DNA of 64,000 nt from Oscillospiraceae bacterium (GTDB lineage: Bacteria > Bacillota > Clostridia > UMGS1840 > HGM11507): positions 9,779 through 73,778 of the forward strand of contig SVKJ01000003.1 in NCBI GenBank assembly GCA_015068525.1, written 5' to 3'. Positions 38,955-48,583 of the stretch are shown piece by piece. Both the position numbers and the translations under genes were made by a program. The stretch's first letter is position 1, and each line of letters opens with the position of its first letter. The notes below the pieces were generated by a model that was given only the letters and a program-made list of their open reading frames with translations, was not told the origin of the DNA and made no database searches.

Positions 38955-38980
38955 CTGTCACAAAAGTGACGGCTTTTTTA
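38955..38980 (+). terminator. rho-independent terminator-like hairpin downstream of array 3
   Basis: ctgtcac-aaaa-gtgacgg followed by ctttttta. Confidence 0.6.
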
Positions 38981-39098
38981 AGTTAATTTTATTTATTTTT
39001 TCTTATTTTAATCTATTGAAATTTTATCGTATTTATGTTATTATATATTATGATATATAATGCCATAAATATTTTTTAAAAATAAAAGGGGAAGAATT

Positions 39099-39605
39099 AT
39101 GAACAAAAATCCAAAAGTTGCTCTTATAATGGGCAGTGATTCAGATTATGAAGTATTAAAACCCGCAATTTCTTTCTTAAAAGAAAACGGTGTTATGGTT
39201 GAGTGCAACGTGATGAGTGCTCACAGAACTCCTGATTTAGCAAAAGATTTTGCAAAGAATGCAGAAGATAACGGAATTGAGGTTATACTTGCAGCGGCTG
39301 GTATGGCAGCACATCTTCCGGGAGTGCTTGCTGCTTTTACAACCGTTCCTGTTATAGGTATTCCTGTTAAAGGGAAAGTTTTAGACGGTATGGATGCTCT
39401 TTACAGTATCGTTCAGATGCCGTCAGGAATTCCTGTTGCAACAGTTGGAATTGATAATTCGAAAAATGCGGCAATACTTGCAGTTCAGATTCTTTCTTTA
39501 AAATATCCTTATCTTAAAGAAAATTTAAGAAAATTCAAAGAAGATATGAAAAACGAAGTAATTATGAAGAACGAAAGATTACAGGAAAAAATCAAAGCAG
39601 AATGA
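39099..39605 (+). CDS. purE: 5-(carboxyamino)imidazole ribonucleotide mutase
   Basis: 168 aa; VALIMGSDSD..., SAHRTPD, AAGMAAHLPGVLAA. Confidence 0.95.
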   Translation: MNKNPKVALIMGSDSDYEVLKPAISFLKENGVMVECNVMSAHRTPDLAKDFAKNAEDNGIEVILAAAGMAAHLPGVLAAFTTVPVIGIPVKGKVLDGMDALYSIVQMPSGIPVATVGIDNSKNAAILAVQILSLKYPYLKENLRKFKEDMKNEVIMKNERLQEKIKAE

Positions 39606-39621
39606 TGAAGGGATAATACGA

Positions 39622-41082
39622 ATGAATACTTTTAATGCTAATGAATTTAATAAAATAAAAGAAGAATGCGGTGTTTTCGGTATATATTCAGGAGAAAAGG
39701 AACTTGATGTTGCCAGAATAACAAATTTTGCCCTTTTTGCTTTGCAACACAGAGGGCAGGATAGTTGTGGTATTGCAGTAAATGATAACGGAACAATAGT
39801 TTATCATAAAAATGTCGGAACAGTTCCTGAAGTTTTTGATGATGTTATTTTAAATCATCTGTCAGGTCAGATCGCAGTGGGGCACGTTAGAGCCGCTACT
39901 GCTGACAGTAATTCAAGAGAAAACGCACAACCGCTTGTAACAAAATATGTTAAGGGTACGTTAACACTTGCTCATAACGGGACACTTGTCAACGCCCGTT
40001 CTTTAAGAGAAGAATTAGAACAGTCGGGAGCACTTTTCCAAAGCACAACTGATACTGAAATTATCGCATATCTTATTGCAAAAGAAAGATTGTTTACTCA
40101 TTCGGTAGAGGATGCAATAAAAAATATGCTTTCTAAAATTATAGGTGCATATGCCTTTGTTGTAATGTCTCCGTCAAAACTTATAGCGGTAAGAGACCCT
40201 CACGGTATGAAACCTCTGTGTCTTGGAAAATTGGGTAAATCTTATGTTGTAGCATCTGAAACAGTTGCATTTGATGCTATCGGTGCAGAATATGTAAGAG
40301 ATGTCGAACCGGGCGAAATTGTTGTTATTACAAAAGACGGTGTTGATTCTATAAAACCTCTGAAAAAATGTGATACAAGCCTTTGTATATTTGAACATGT
40401 ATATTTTGCAAGACCTGACAGTGTTATTGATGGTGCAAGTGTATATGCTTCAAGGAAAGAAGCGGGTAAATATCTTGCAAGGCAAAATCCTGTTGAAGCT
40501 GATGTCGTTATTGCTGCACCCGACTCGGGAATTTCTGCTGCAATCGGTTACTCTCAGGAATCGGGAATACCATACGAAGTAGGTCTTATGAAGAATAGAT
40601 ATATTGCAAGAACATTTATTCAGCCTACTCAGGCGATGAGAGAAAATGCAGTAAGAATAAAACTTAACGCCATAAAAGAAGTTGTATCAGGAAAGAGAGT
40701 TATTTTGATTGACGACTCAATCGTAAGAGGGACAACCTCTAAAAGAGTTGTTGCTCTACTAAGAGAAGCAGGAGCAAAAGAAGTTCATATGAGAATAAGT
40801 TCACCACCATTTTTGTATCCTTGCTATTTTGGAACAGATGTTGGTTCTCAGGATGTTCTTGTTGCGGTTGACAAAACTTATGAAGAGATAAACGAACTTA
40901 TCGGTACTGATTCTTTAGACTACTTAAGTTTAGAAAATCTATTAAAAACTCCGATTGGTTCAAAATGTGGTTTCTGTACTGCTTGTTTTAATGGAAACTA
41001 TCCTCTTGATATAAGCGAAGTGTCAAAAGAATCAGATTTTAAAGATGTTCATTTTATTAAAAAATTGCATATTGAAAAATAG
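39622..41082 (+). CDS. purF: amidophosphoribosyltransferase
   Basis: 486 aa; ECGVFGI (N-terminal nucleophile Cys after propeptide), LQHRGQDS, PRT motif VILIDDSIVRGTT. Confidence 0.95.
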   Translation: MNTFNANEFNKIKEECGVFGIYSGEKELDVARITNFALFALQHRGQDSCGIAVNDNGTIVYHKNVGTVPEVFDDVILNHLSGQIAVGHVRAATADSNSRENAQPLVTKYVKGTLTLAHNGTLVNARSLREELEQSGALFQSTTDTEIIAYLIAKERLFTHSVEDAIKNMLSKIIGAYAFVVMSPSKLIAVRDPHGMKPLCLGKLGKSYVVASETVAFDAIGAEYVRDVEPGEIVVITKDGVDSIKPLKKCDTSLCIFEHVYFARPDSVIDGASVYASRKEAGKYLARQNPVEADVVIAAPDSGISAAIGYSQESGIPYEVGLMKNRYIARTFIQPTQAMRENAVRIKLNAIKEVVSGKRVILIDDSIVRGTTSKRVVALLREAGAKEVHMRISSPPFLYPCYFGTDVGSQDVLVAVDKTYEEINELIGTDSLDYLSLENLLKTPIGSKCGFCTACFNGNYPLDISEVSKESDFKDVHFIKKLHIEK

Positions 41083-41100
41083 AATTAAAGGAGATATATT

Positions 41101-42141
41101 ATGAGTAATGCGTATAAAGATGCCGGTGTTGATGTAACAGCCGGTTACGAAGCGGTTAACCTTATGAAAAAGCACGTTAAGAAAACTTTTACTGAGGGTG
41201 TTATGACAGATCTTGGCGGTTTTGGCGGCCTTTTTGAAATTGGTACAGGTTATAAAAATCCTGTGTTGGTTTCAGGTACTGATGGTGTCGGAACTAAACT
41301 TAAAATTGCTTTCTTAACTGATAAGCATAACACAATCGGTCAGGATTGTGTTGCTATGTGTGCAAATGATATTGCATGTTCAGGTGCTAAGCCCTTGTTT
41401 TTCCTTGACTATCTTGCTGTAGGTAAAAACGTTCCTGAAAAAATTGCTGATATAGTTTCAGGCGTTGCAGACGGATGTGTACTTTCAGGCTGTGCATTAA
41501 TAGGCGGAGAAACTGCTGAAATGCCCGGATTTTATGATGTAGACGAATATGACCTTGCAGGTTTTTGTGTAGGGATTGTTGATAAAGAAAATATAATTGA
41601 CGGTAAAAATATTAAAGTTGGAGATACTTTGATTGGTGTTGCATCAAGCGGTGTTCATTCAAATGGTTATTCTTTGGTAAGAAAAGTATTTGATTTAAAT
41701 TGTGAAGATTCTTTAGCGAAAGAAAAACTTTCAAAATATTATGATGAACTTGGAAAAACTCTTGGTGAAGAACTTATCACTCCAACTAAAATATATGTAA
41801 AAACAATTTTGGAACTTAATGAAAAAATTAAAATAAAAGGTATTTCTCATATAACAGGCGGAGGTTTTTACGAAAATATTCCAAGAATGTTAATGGACGG
41901 TCAGTCTGCTAAAGTTTATAAAGATTCTTTTGAAATTTTACCTATATTCAAACTTATGGCTGAAACTGGCAATATTCCTGAAAAGGATATGTTCAATACC
42001 TTTAATATGGGTATTGGATTAGTTATGGCAGTTGATAAAGAAGATGCAAAAAAAGCAGTTGAAATGCTAAATGCAATGGGCGAAAAAGCATACATATTAG
42101 GCGAAGTTATTCCTGGTAACAAGGAAGTGGAAATATGCTAA
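41101..42141 (+). CDS. purM: phosphoribosylformylglycinamidine cyclo-ligase (AIR synthetase)
   Basis: 346 aa; YKDAGVDV..., [23 protein letters not shown]. Confidence 0.95.
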   Translation: MSNAYKDAGVDVTAGYEAVNLMKKHVKKTFTEGVMTDLGGFGGLFEIGTGYKNPVLVSGTDGVGTKLKIAFLTDKHNTIGQDCVAMCANDIACSGAKPLFFLDYLAVGKNVPEKIADIVSGVADGCVLSGCALIGGETAEMPGFYDVDEYDLAGFCVGIVDKENIIDGKNIKVGDTLIGVASSGVHSNGYSLVRKVFDLNCEDSLAKEKLSKYYDELGKTLGEELITPTKIYVKTILELNEKIKIKGISHITGGGFYENIPRMLMDGQSAKVYKDSFEILPIFKLMAETGNIPEKDMFNTFNMGIGLVMAVDKEDAKKAVEMLNAMGEKAYILGEVIPGNKEVEIC

Positions 42142-42716
42142 ATATTGCAGTTTTAGTGTCTGGCTCAGGCAGTAATCTTCAGGCTATAATTGACGAAATG
42201 AAAAAAGGGGAAATCGATGGTAAAATTGTTACTGTTGTTTCAAATAAGCCTGACGTTTATGCACTAAAAAGAGCAGAGGAGAATAATATTCCATCAAAAG
42301 TTATTGTAAGTAAGGGAAATGAAAATTTTGAAAAAGAACTTTTATCCCACCTTAAAGAAAACAATGTTGACTTAATTGTACTTGCAGGCTTTTTATGTAT
42401 ATTAAAAGGGGATATTTTAAAAGAGTATTCCAATAAAATTATAAATGTTCATCCGTCACTTATTCCGTCTTTTTGCGGAGATGGTTTTTATGGGCTTAAA
42501 GTTCACGAAGCGGCTCTTAATTACGGTGTTAAAGTAACGGGTGCAACAGTTCATTTTGTGAATGAAATTACTGACGGCGGTAAAATAATAATTCAGAAAG
42601 CAGTTTATATTAAAGAGGGAGATACTCCCGAAATTCTGCAAAGACGCGTTATGGAAGAGGCAGAATGGAAGATATTACCTCAGGCTATTAAACTTATATG
42701 TAACGGAGGATTATAA
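42135..42716 (+). CDS. purN: phosphoribosylglycinamide formyltransferase
   Basis: 193 aa; [33 protein letters not shown]. Confidence 0.94.
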   Translation: MLNIAVLVSGSGSNLQAIIDEMKKGEIDGKIVTVVSNKPDVYALKRAEENNIPSKVIVSKGNENFEKELLSHLKENNVDLIVLAGFLCILKGDILKEYSNKIINVHPSLIPSFCGDGFYGLKVHEAALNYGVKVTGATVHFVNEITDGGKIIIQKAVYIKEGDTPEILQRRVMEEAEWKILPQAIKLICNGGL

Positions 42717-43417
42717 TGAGTATACTTAATTTATCAGAAGAATTAAAGAATAATACATATCCGGGCAGAGGAATTGTTATCGGTAAAAGTGAAGACGGAG
42801 AAAAAATGGTTATCGCTTACTTTATTATGGGAAGAAGTGAAAACAGCCGTAACAGAGTTTTTGTAGAAGATAGTGAAGGTATTAAAACAAAAGCATTCTG
42901 CGAAGAAAAGTTAGTTGATCCAAGCCTTATTATATACTCTCCTGTAAGAGTAATTGATAATAAAACAATTGTTACAAACGGTGACCAGACTGATACAGTA
43001 TATGACTTTATAAAGGAAGGTAAAACTTTTGAAGAAGCATTAAGAACCAGACAGTTTGAACCTGATGCACCAAACTTCACACCAAGAATTTCAGGGATTG
43101 TTGAAGGCGATTTTTATAAACTTTCTATTTTAAAAAGTGCAGACGGAGATCCGTCAGGCGACCACAGATATTTTTACGAATATTCAAATACAGGAAATGG
43201 TATCGGCCATTTTATCCATACATATAAATGTGACGGTAATCCTATCCCTTCATTTTATGGCGAACCTGAATGTGTTGAATTAAAAGGTGACATTGATACG
43301 TTTACAAAAAATGTATGGGAAAGTTTAAACAGTGATAATAAAGTATCTTTATTTGTAAGATTTATTGATATTAAAACAGGTAAATTTGATACAAGAATTG
43401 TAAATAAGAATGTTTAA
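42716..43417 (+). CDS. IMP cyclohydrolase, PurO-like (archaeal-type) family
   Basis: 233 aa; YPGRGIVIGKSEDGEKMVIAYFIMGRSENSRNRVF is typical of the PurO-like family; sits immediately before the AICAR transformylase-only purH. Confidence 0.85.
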   Translation: MSILNLSEELKNNTYPGRGIVIGKSEDGEKMVIAYFIMGRSENSRNRVFVEDSEGIKTKAFCEEKLVDPSLIIYSPVRVIDNKTIVTNGDQTDTVYDFIKEGKTFEEALRTRQFEPDAPNFTPRISGIVEGDFYKLSILKSADGDPSGDHRYFYEYSNTGNGIGHFIHTYKCDGNPIPSFYGEPECVELKGDIDTFTKNVWESLNSDNKVSLFVRFIDIKTGKFDTRIVNKNV

Positions 43418-43429
43418 GGTGGAGTGAAA

Positions 43430-44602
43430 ATGAAAGAAATAGAATTAAAATACGGATGTAATCCTAATCAGAAACCTGCAAGAATTTTTATAAAAGAAGG
43501 AGATTTACCGTTAAAAGTTTTAAATGGTAAACCTGGTTATATAAACTTTCTTGATGCTTTTAACAGTTTCCAACTTGTAAAAGAATTAAAGAAAGCAACA
43601 GGACTTCCTGCTGCAGCATCTTTTAAACATGTAAGTCCTGCAGGTGCGGCAGTTTACAGAGAACTTTCAGATACGCTTAAAAAAATATATTTTGTTGACG
43701 ATTTGGAACTATCTCCTTTAGCATCAGCGTATGCAGCAGCAAGAGGGGCTGACAGAATGTCTTCTTACGGAGATTTTATTGCACTTTCTGAAATCTGTGA
43801 TGTTCCTACTGCTAAACTTATAGCACGTGAAGTATCTGATGGTGTAATAGCACCCGGATATGAAAGTGAAGCACTTGAAATATTAAAATCAAAAAGAAAA
43901 GGTACATATAATATTATCGAAATGGATATAAATTATATTCCTGAAGAAATTGAGAGAAAAGATTGTTTCGGTATTACATTTGAGCAGGGCAGAAATAATG
44001 TTGAAATAAATGAAGATGCTCTTTCAAATATTGTAACAGATAATAAAGTATTATCCGAAAATGCTAAAATTGACTTAATGATTGCGCTTATAACATTAAA
44101 ATATACACAATCAAATTCAGTATGCTATGTTAAAGACGGACAGGCTATCGGTATCGGTGCAGGTCAGCAATCAAGAATTCACTGTACCCGTCTTGCAGGA
44201 AATAAAGCAGATGTATGGTATTTAAGACAGCACGAAAAAGTTCTTAATCTTCCTTTTAAAGAAGATATAAGACGTGCTGACAGAGATAACACAATTGATG
44301 TATATATTTCCGAAGATTATATGGATGTTTTAGCTGATGGCGTATGGGAAAACTTCTTTACTAAAAAACCTGAACCTCTGACAACCACCGAAAAGAAAGA
44401 ATGGTTAAAAACATTAACTGATGTTTCTTTAGGCTCTGATGCATTCTTCCCATTCGGAGATAATATTGAAAGAGCGTATAAGAGTGGTGTTAAATATATT
44501 GCGCAGCCCGGCGGTTCAATCCGTGACGATAATGTTATTGAAACATGTAATAAGTATAATATGGTTATGTCATTTAACGGAATAAGACTGTTCCACCATT
44601 AA
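43430..44602 (+). CDS. purH: phosphoribosylaminoimidazolecarboxamide formyltransferase (AICARFT domain only)
   Basis: About 390 aa; LKYGCNPNQ..., ASFKHVSPAGAA, GIGAGQQSRIH. Lacks the MGS-like IMP cyclohydrolase domain. ATG 43430 has better SD spacing than GTG 43424. Confidence 0.9.
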   Translation: MKEIELKYGCNPNQKPARIFIKEGDLPLKVLNGKPGYINFLDAFNSFQLVKELKKATGLPAAASFKHVSPAGAAVYRELSDTLKKIYFVDDLELSPLASAYAAARGADRMSSYGDFIALSEICDVPTAKLIAREVSDGVIAPGYESEALEILKSKRKGTYNIIEMDINYIPEEIERKDCFGITFEQGRNNVEINEDALSNIVTDNKVLSENAKIDLMIALITLKYTQSNSVCYVKDGQAIGIGAGQQSRIHCTRLAGNKADVWYLRQHEKVLNLPFKEDIRRADRDNTIDVYISEDYMDVLADGVWENFFTKKPEPLTTTEKKEWLKTLTDVSLGSDAFFPFGDNIERAYKSGVKYIAQPGGSIRDDNVIETCNKYNMVMSFNGIRLFHH

Positions 44603-44618
44603 AATTCAGGAAAATTAA

Positions 44619-44642
44619 GGCATAAGAGAATTCTCTTATGCC
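44619..44642. repeat. perfect 24-nt palindrome between purH and purD
   Basis: GGCATAAGAGAA/TTCTCTTATGCC with no following T-run; TATAAT at 44651-44656. Confidence 0.85.
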
Positions 44643-44672
44643 TGAAATATTATAATTTGTGAGGATATTTAT

Positions 44673-45929
44673 ATGAATATATTAGTTGTTGGCGGCGGTG
44701 GCAGAGAACATGCCATTGTTAAAAAAATAAGTGAAAGCAAAAGAGTAGAAAAAATTTACTGTGCCCCCGGTAACGGAGGTATATCTGATATTGCAGAATG
44801 TGTGCCGATCAAAGTTATGGAATTTGATAAACTTATCACTTTTGCTAAGGAAAAGAATGTTGATTTAACTGTTATCGGCCCTGATGATCCGTTAGTTTTT
44901 GGTATTTCAGATGCTTTTATCAAAGCAGGATTAAAGGTGTTTGGTCCGACTAAAGATGGCGCGCAGATTGAGGGAAGTAAAGTTTTTTCTAAAGAACTTA
45001 TGAAAAAATATAATATTCCTACTGCAAAATATGAAGTTTTTTCAGATTATAATGATGCACTTTCGTATATAACAAAGGAAAATACTTTCCCGACTGTTAT
45101 AAAAGCAGAAGGTCTTGCGCTTGGTAAAGGCGTTATTATTGCAAATGATTTAAAAGAAGCAGAAGATGCCTTAAAAGAAATAATGATAGATAAAGTTTTC
45201 GGGGATTCAGGTAACAGAATTGTTATCGAAGAATTTTTAACAGGCCCTGAAATTTCTGTTCTGTCATTCTGTGATGGTGAAACTATTGTTCCAATGGTTT
45301 CAGCACAGGACCATAAAAGAGCTTTTGATAATGATAAAGGCCCTAATACAGGTGGTATGGGAACATTCTCACCAAGCAGAATTTATAATGAAAAATTACA
45401 GGAAGAATGTATGAATAATATATTTATTCCTACTGTTAAAGCGTTAAAGAGTGAGGGGATAACATATAAAGGCGTTATTTTCTTTGGTCTTATGTCAACA
45501 AAAAACGGAGTAAAAGTTATTGAATATAATGCACGTTTCGGAGACCCTGAAACTCAGGTTGTTCTTCCAAGACTTAAAACTGACATTGTTGATATCTTTG
45601 AAGCAGTTTGTGACGGAACTTTAAAAGATATAAATGTTGAGTGGGAAGACAATGCTTGCGTTTGTGTTGTTGAAGCATCAGGTGGATATCCTAAAAAATA
45701 TCAGACAGGATATGAAATTTCAGGACTTTCTGATATAGAAGAAAATATCTATGTTTACCACGCAGGAACAAAAAAGGAAGATGGTAAATATTATACCGCA
45801 GGCGGAAGAGTTTTAGGTATAACTGCTAAATCTAAAGACCTTGATACTGCAATTTCCGATGCTTACAACGCTGTAAAGAACATCAACTTTACAGACGTTC
45901 ACTATAGAAAGGATATTGGCATAAAATGA
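44673..45929 (+). CDS. purD: phosphoribosylamine--glycine ligase
   Basis: 418 aa; MNILVVGGGGREHAI, ATP-grasp blocks, GGMGTFSP, EYNARFGDPETQ. Confidence 0.95.
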   Translation: MNILVVGGGGREHAIVKKISESKRVEKIYCAPGNGGISDIAECVPIKVMEFDKLITFAKEKNVDLTVIGPDDPLVFGISDAFIKAGLKVFGPTKDGAQIEGSKVFSKELMKKYNIPTAKYEVFSDYNDALSYITKENTFPTVIKAEGLALGKGVIIANDLKEAEDALKEIMIDKVFGDSGNRIVIEEFLTGPEISVLSFCDGETIVPMVSAQDHKRAFDNDKGPNTGGMGTFSPSRIYNEKLQEECMNNIFIPTVKALKSEGITYKGVIFFGLMSTKNGVKVIEYNARFGDPETQVVLPRLKTDIVDIFEAVCDGTLKDINVEWEDNACVCVVEASGGYPKKYQTGYEISGLSDIEENIYVYHAGTKKEDGKYYTAGGRVLGITAKSKDLDTAISDAYNAVKNINFTDVHYRKDIGIK

Positions 45930-47077
45930 TAAATCAAAATATTGCCAAAGTTAAATTGTTCTTACAGGGACTATGTGTAAGGCTTAGTGAAAACCGTGAT
46001 ATATTTAAAAATATTCTTGTTACCTATAAGTCAGGTGTTAAGGAATATTATTTGAAAATATATTTTGAAGATAGTCTTTATGCAGACTATCTTGGCGAGA
46101 AAAAGAAAATAGAAATAAGTGAAATTCCGTCTTGTATAACTAAAGACTTAGAGAAGTATGACAGTGTTATCATAGACTATAATGACCGTATTTCAACTTT
46201 TGAAATTATTGCTGATAATAAAAATGTTTCTTCAAAGAATAAACCTTATGTTGAAAAAGAAAATGATGTTAAAAGTGCAACTGTAGGCGGAAGAGAATAT
46301 ATTATTAAAGAAAGCAATGCCAAAGATTTATTAAAAGCAATAGGTATTATGGCGGAAAACGGAAAAATAAAAAACGATATGATAAGAAAATATAATCAGA
46401 TTGATCGTTTTGTTGAACTTATTTCAGATTTGAATTTCGGAGATAATCCTAACGTTTTAGACTGTGCCTGTGGCAAAAGTTATCTCTCTTTTGTTGTAAA
46501 TTATTACTTAACTGAAATTTTAAAGAAAAAATGTTTTGTATACGGAATTGACTATAATGAAGACGTTATAAATGCTTCGAATAAAATAAAAAGTAAGTTA
46601 AAGTATAATAATATGCAGTTTATAAATGCCGATTTAAAAGAATTTACATTAAATAAAAAAATAGACCTTGTTGTATCTCTTCACGCTTGTGATGTTGCAA
46701 CAGATTATGCTCTATATTCAGGAATAAAGCATAAAGCAAAAGCGATAATATGTGTTCCTTGCTGTCATAAGGAACTCTCAACACAGATTGAATATGAGCC
46801 TTTTTTTGAAATTTTAAAGCATGGAATATTTAATAGAAGGTTTTGTGATATTTTAACTGATGCCTTAAGAACACTTCTTCTTGAAGCAAACGGATATAAA
46901 GTGTCAGTTATAGAATATACATCTCCCTTAGATACTCCGAAAAATATAATGTTAAAGGCAGTAAAGGTATCTGACAAAAATGAAAAGGCAATGGAAAAAT
47001 ATTATGCCTTAAAAGAGCAGTTTAAAGTTAATCCGACTTTAGAAGCACTTCTTAATACTTGCGAGGTGGAAATGTGA
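45926..47077 (+). CDS. class I SAM-dependent methyltransferase (Methyltransf_32-like) with an N-terminal domain of about 170 aa of unknown function
   Basis: 383 aa; motif I VLDCACGKSYLSF, SLHACDVATD; 4-nt overlap with the purD stop. Confidence 0.75.
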   Translation: MINQNIAKVKLFLQGLCVRLSENRDIFKNILVTYKSGVKEYYLKIYFEDSLYADYLGEKKKIEISEIPSCITKDLEKYDSVIIDYNDRISTFEIIADNKNVSSKNKPYVEKENDVKSATVGGREYIIKESNAKDLLKAIGIMAENGKIKNDMIRKYNQIDRFVELISDLNFGDNPNVLDCACGKSYLSFVVNYYLTEILKKKCFVYGIDYNEDVINASNKIKSKLKYNNMQFINADLKEFTLNKKIDLVVSLHACDVATDYALYSGIKHKAKAIICVPCCHKELSTQIEYEPFFEILKHGIFNRRFCDILTDALRTLLLEANGYKVSVIEYTSPLDTPKNIMLKAVKVSDKNEKAMEKYYALKEQFKVNPTLEALLNTCEVEM

Positions 47078-47262
47078 AACAATGTGTCCTATATGACAGA
47101 GAATGTATAAATTGTAACGAATGTAATATTTGCGACTTAGACCCTAATAAAATCTGCGACAACTGCGAAAAGTGTCTTCACCTTTCTGATGCAGACTATA
47201 AAGGTGTTGTAATAGACGAAATATTATCTGAAAAGGATTATACAAAAAATGATGACGAATAA
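47074..47262 (+). CDS. small 8-cysteine protein with acidic tail (hypothetical)
   Basis: C-x6-C-x2-C-x2-C-x2-C-x7-C-x2-C-x2-C (CVLYDRECINCNECNICDLDPNKICDNCEKC). Start is GTG 47074 (SD GAGGTGG) or TTG 47059. Overlaps both neighbouring genes. Confidence 0.5.
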   Translation: MKQCVLYDRECINCNECNICDLDPNKICDNCEKCLHLSDADYKGVVIDEILSEKDYTKNDDE

Positions 47263-48496
47263 TAAATACAGTTTAGCAAAAATTGCAAGTTATATTACGG
47301 GTGGCTCAATGGCGATATGTGCAAACTTATCGCCGATTTTATTTATTACTTTTAAAGATTTATATAATATTTCTTATACATTGCTTGGATTTATTGTAGT
47401 GATAAATTTTTTAACGCAACTTGTAATTGACCTGGCATTTTCTTTTTTTACTAAATATTTTAATATACATAAATGTGTGAGAATGACACCGCTTATCGTT
47501 TTTATAGGTCTTTTATTATATGGCATTATGCCAATGCTTTTTCCCAAAATGGCATATTTATGGATAATAATAAGTACAATTATATTTTCTGTTGCATCAG
47601 GTCTTAGTGAAGTTCTTTTAAGCCCTGTTATAGCAGAAATACCGAGCGAAAATCCTGAGGCAGAAATGAGCAAACTTCACTCTATGTATGCTTGGGGTGT
47701 TGTCGTTGTTGTTTTAATAAGCACTCTTTATTTAAATATATTCGGTACTGAAAATTGGATGTATCTTGCTTTTTTATGGGCGCTTGTTCCTTTTAGTGCA
47801 TTTCTCATCTTCTTAAAAGCAGAACTTCCTCAAATGAGTAATACTGATAAAAAAAGTACAAATAATAAATTCTTAAGTAAGGGAATGTTACTTTGTATGC
47901 TGTGTATATTTTTAGGAGGAGCAGCAGAGTGCACGATGGCTCAGTGGTCATCAAGTTTTTTGGAAAGAGCAATCGGTGTTCATAAAGTTTTCGGAGATGT
48001 TTTCGGTGTTGCTTTTTTTGCTATACTTCTTGGCATAGCAAGAACTTTTTATTCAAAGTATGGAAAAAATATTATCAATTTTATGCTTATGGGAATGATT
48101 GGGGCAACTTTTTGTTATATTATTGCAGGAGTAGTTTTAAATCCTGTTATTTGTATAATAGCCTGTGCTTTAACAGGTCTGTTTACAGCAATGCTTTGGC
48201 CCGGAACTTTAATATATTTAGAAGAAAACTTTACTAATGTAAGTGTTTCGGCTTATGCACTTATGGCGGCAGGCGGTGATATGGGTGCTGCAATTGTTCC
48301 TCAACTTGTAGGAGTTGTATCGGATAAATTTTCGTTATCAGAAATTGCTTTGAAATTTTCGGGATTTTTTAATATATCTTCAGAACAATTCGGAATGCGA
48401 TGCGGAATAATAACTGCAGCAATATTTCCTCTTTTGGGAACTATAGTAATACTTTATATGAAAAAATATTTTAAAAACAAAAAAATACAGGGTTGA
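47249..48496 (+). CDS. MFS transporter
   Basis: 415 aa with about 12 TM helices in a 6+6 arrangement and a central hydrophilic loop (PQMSNTDKKSTNNKF). Confidence 0.8.
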   Translation: MMTNNKYSLAKIASYITGGSMAICANLSPILFITFKDLYNISYTLLGFIVVINFLTQLVIDLAFSFFTKYFNIHKCVRMTPLIVFIGLLLYGIMPMLFPKMAYLWIIISTIIFSVASGLSEVLLSPVIAEIPSENPEAEMSKLHSMYAWGVVVVVLISTLYLNIFGTENWMYLAFLWALVPFSAFLIFLKAELPQMSNTDKKSTNNKFLSKGMLLCMLCIFLGGAAECTMAQWSSSFLERAIGVHKVFGDVFGVAFFAILLGIARTFYSKYGKNIINFMLMGMIGATFCYIIAGVVLNPVICIIACALTGLFTAMLWPGTLIYLEENFTNVSVSAYALMAAGGDMGAAIVPQLVGVVSDKFSLSEIALKFSGFFNISSEQFGMRCGIITAAIFPLLGTIVILYMKKYFKNKKIQG

Positions 48497-48549
48497 TAAT
48501 ATATCAGCCCTGATTTTTTATACCATTTTTATTGCTTTTTAAAAATATG

Positions 48550-48578
48550 TTGTAAAAATTATTATAGTTTGTTATAAT
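48550..48578 (+). promoter_or_regulatory. sigma-A type promoter of structured RNA element B
   Basis: TTGTAA (48550-48555), 17-nt spacer, TATAAT (48573-48578). Confidence 0.5.
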
Positions 48579-48583
48579 AAAGT

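Noticed and set aside
38981-39098. Expected purine or ZTP (pfl) riboswitch upstream of purE, and a ZTP riboswitch upstream of folD or purH.
   Set aside because: I read the leaders and found no conserved cores (no UAUAAUCGCGUGGAUAUGG-type purine junction, no GGGUCGUGAC...CCGCCUGGGCA). Only an AT-rich promoter region is present.
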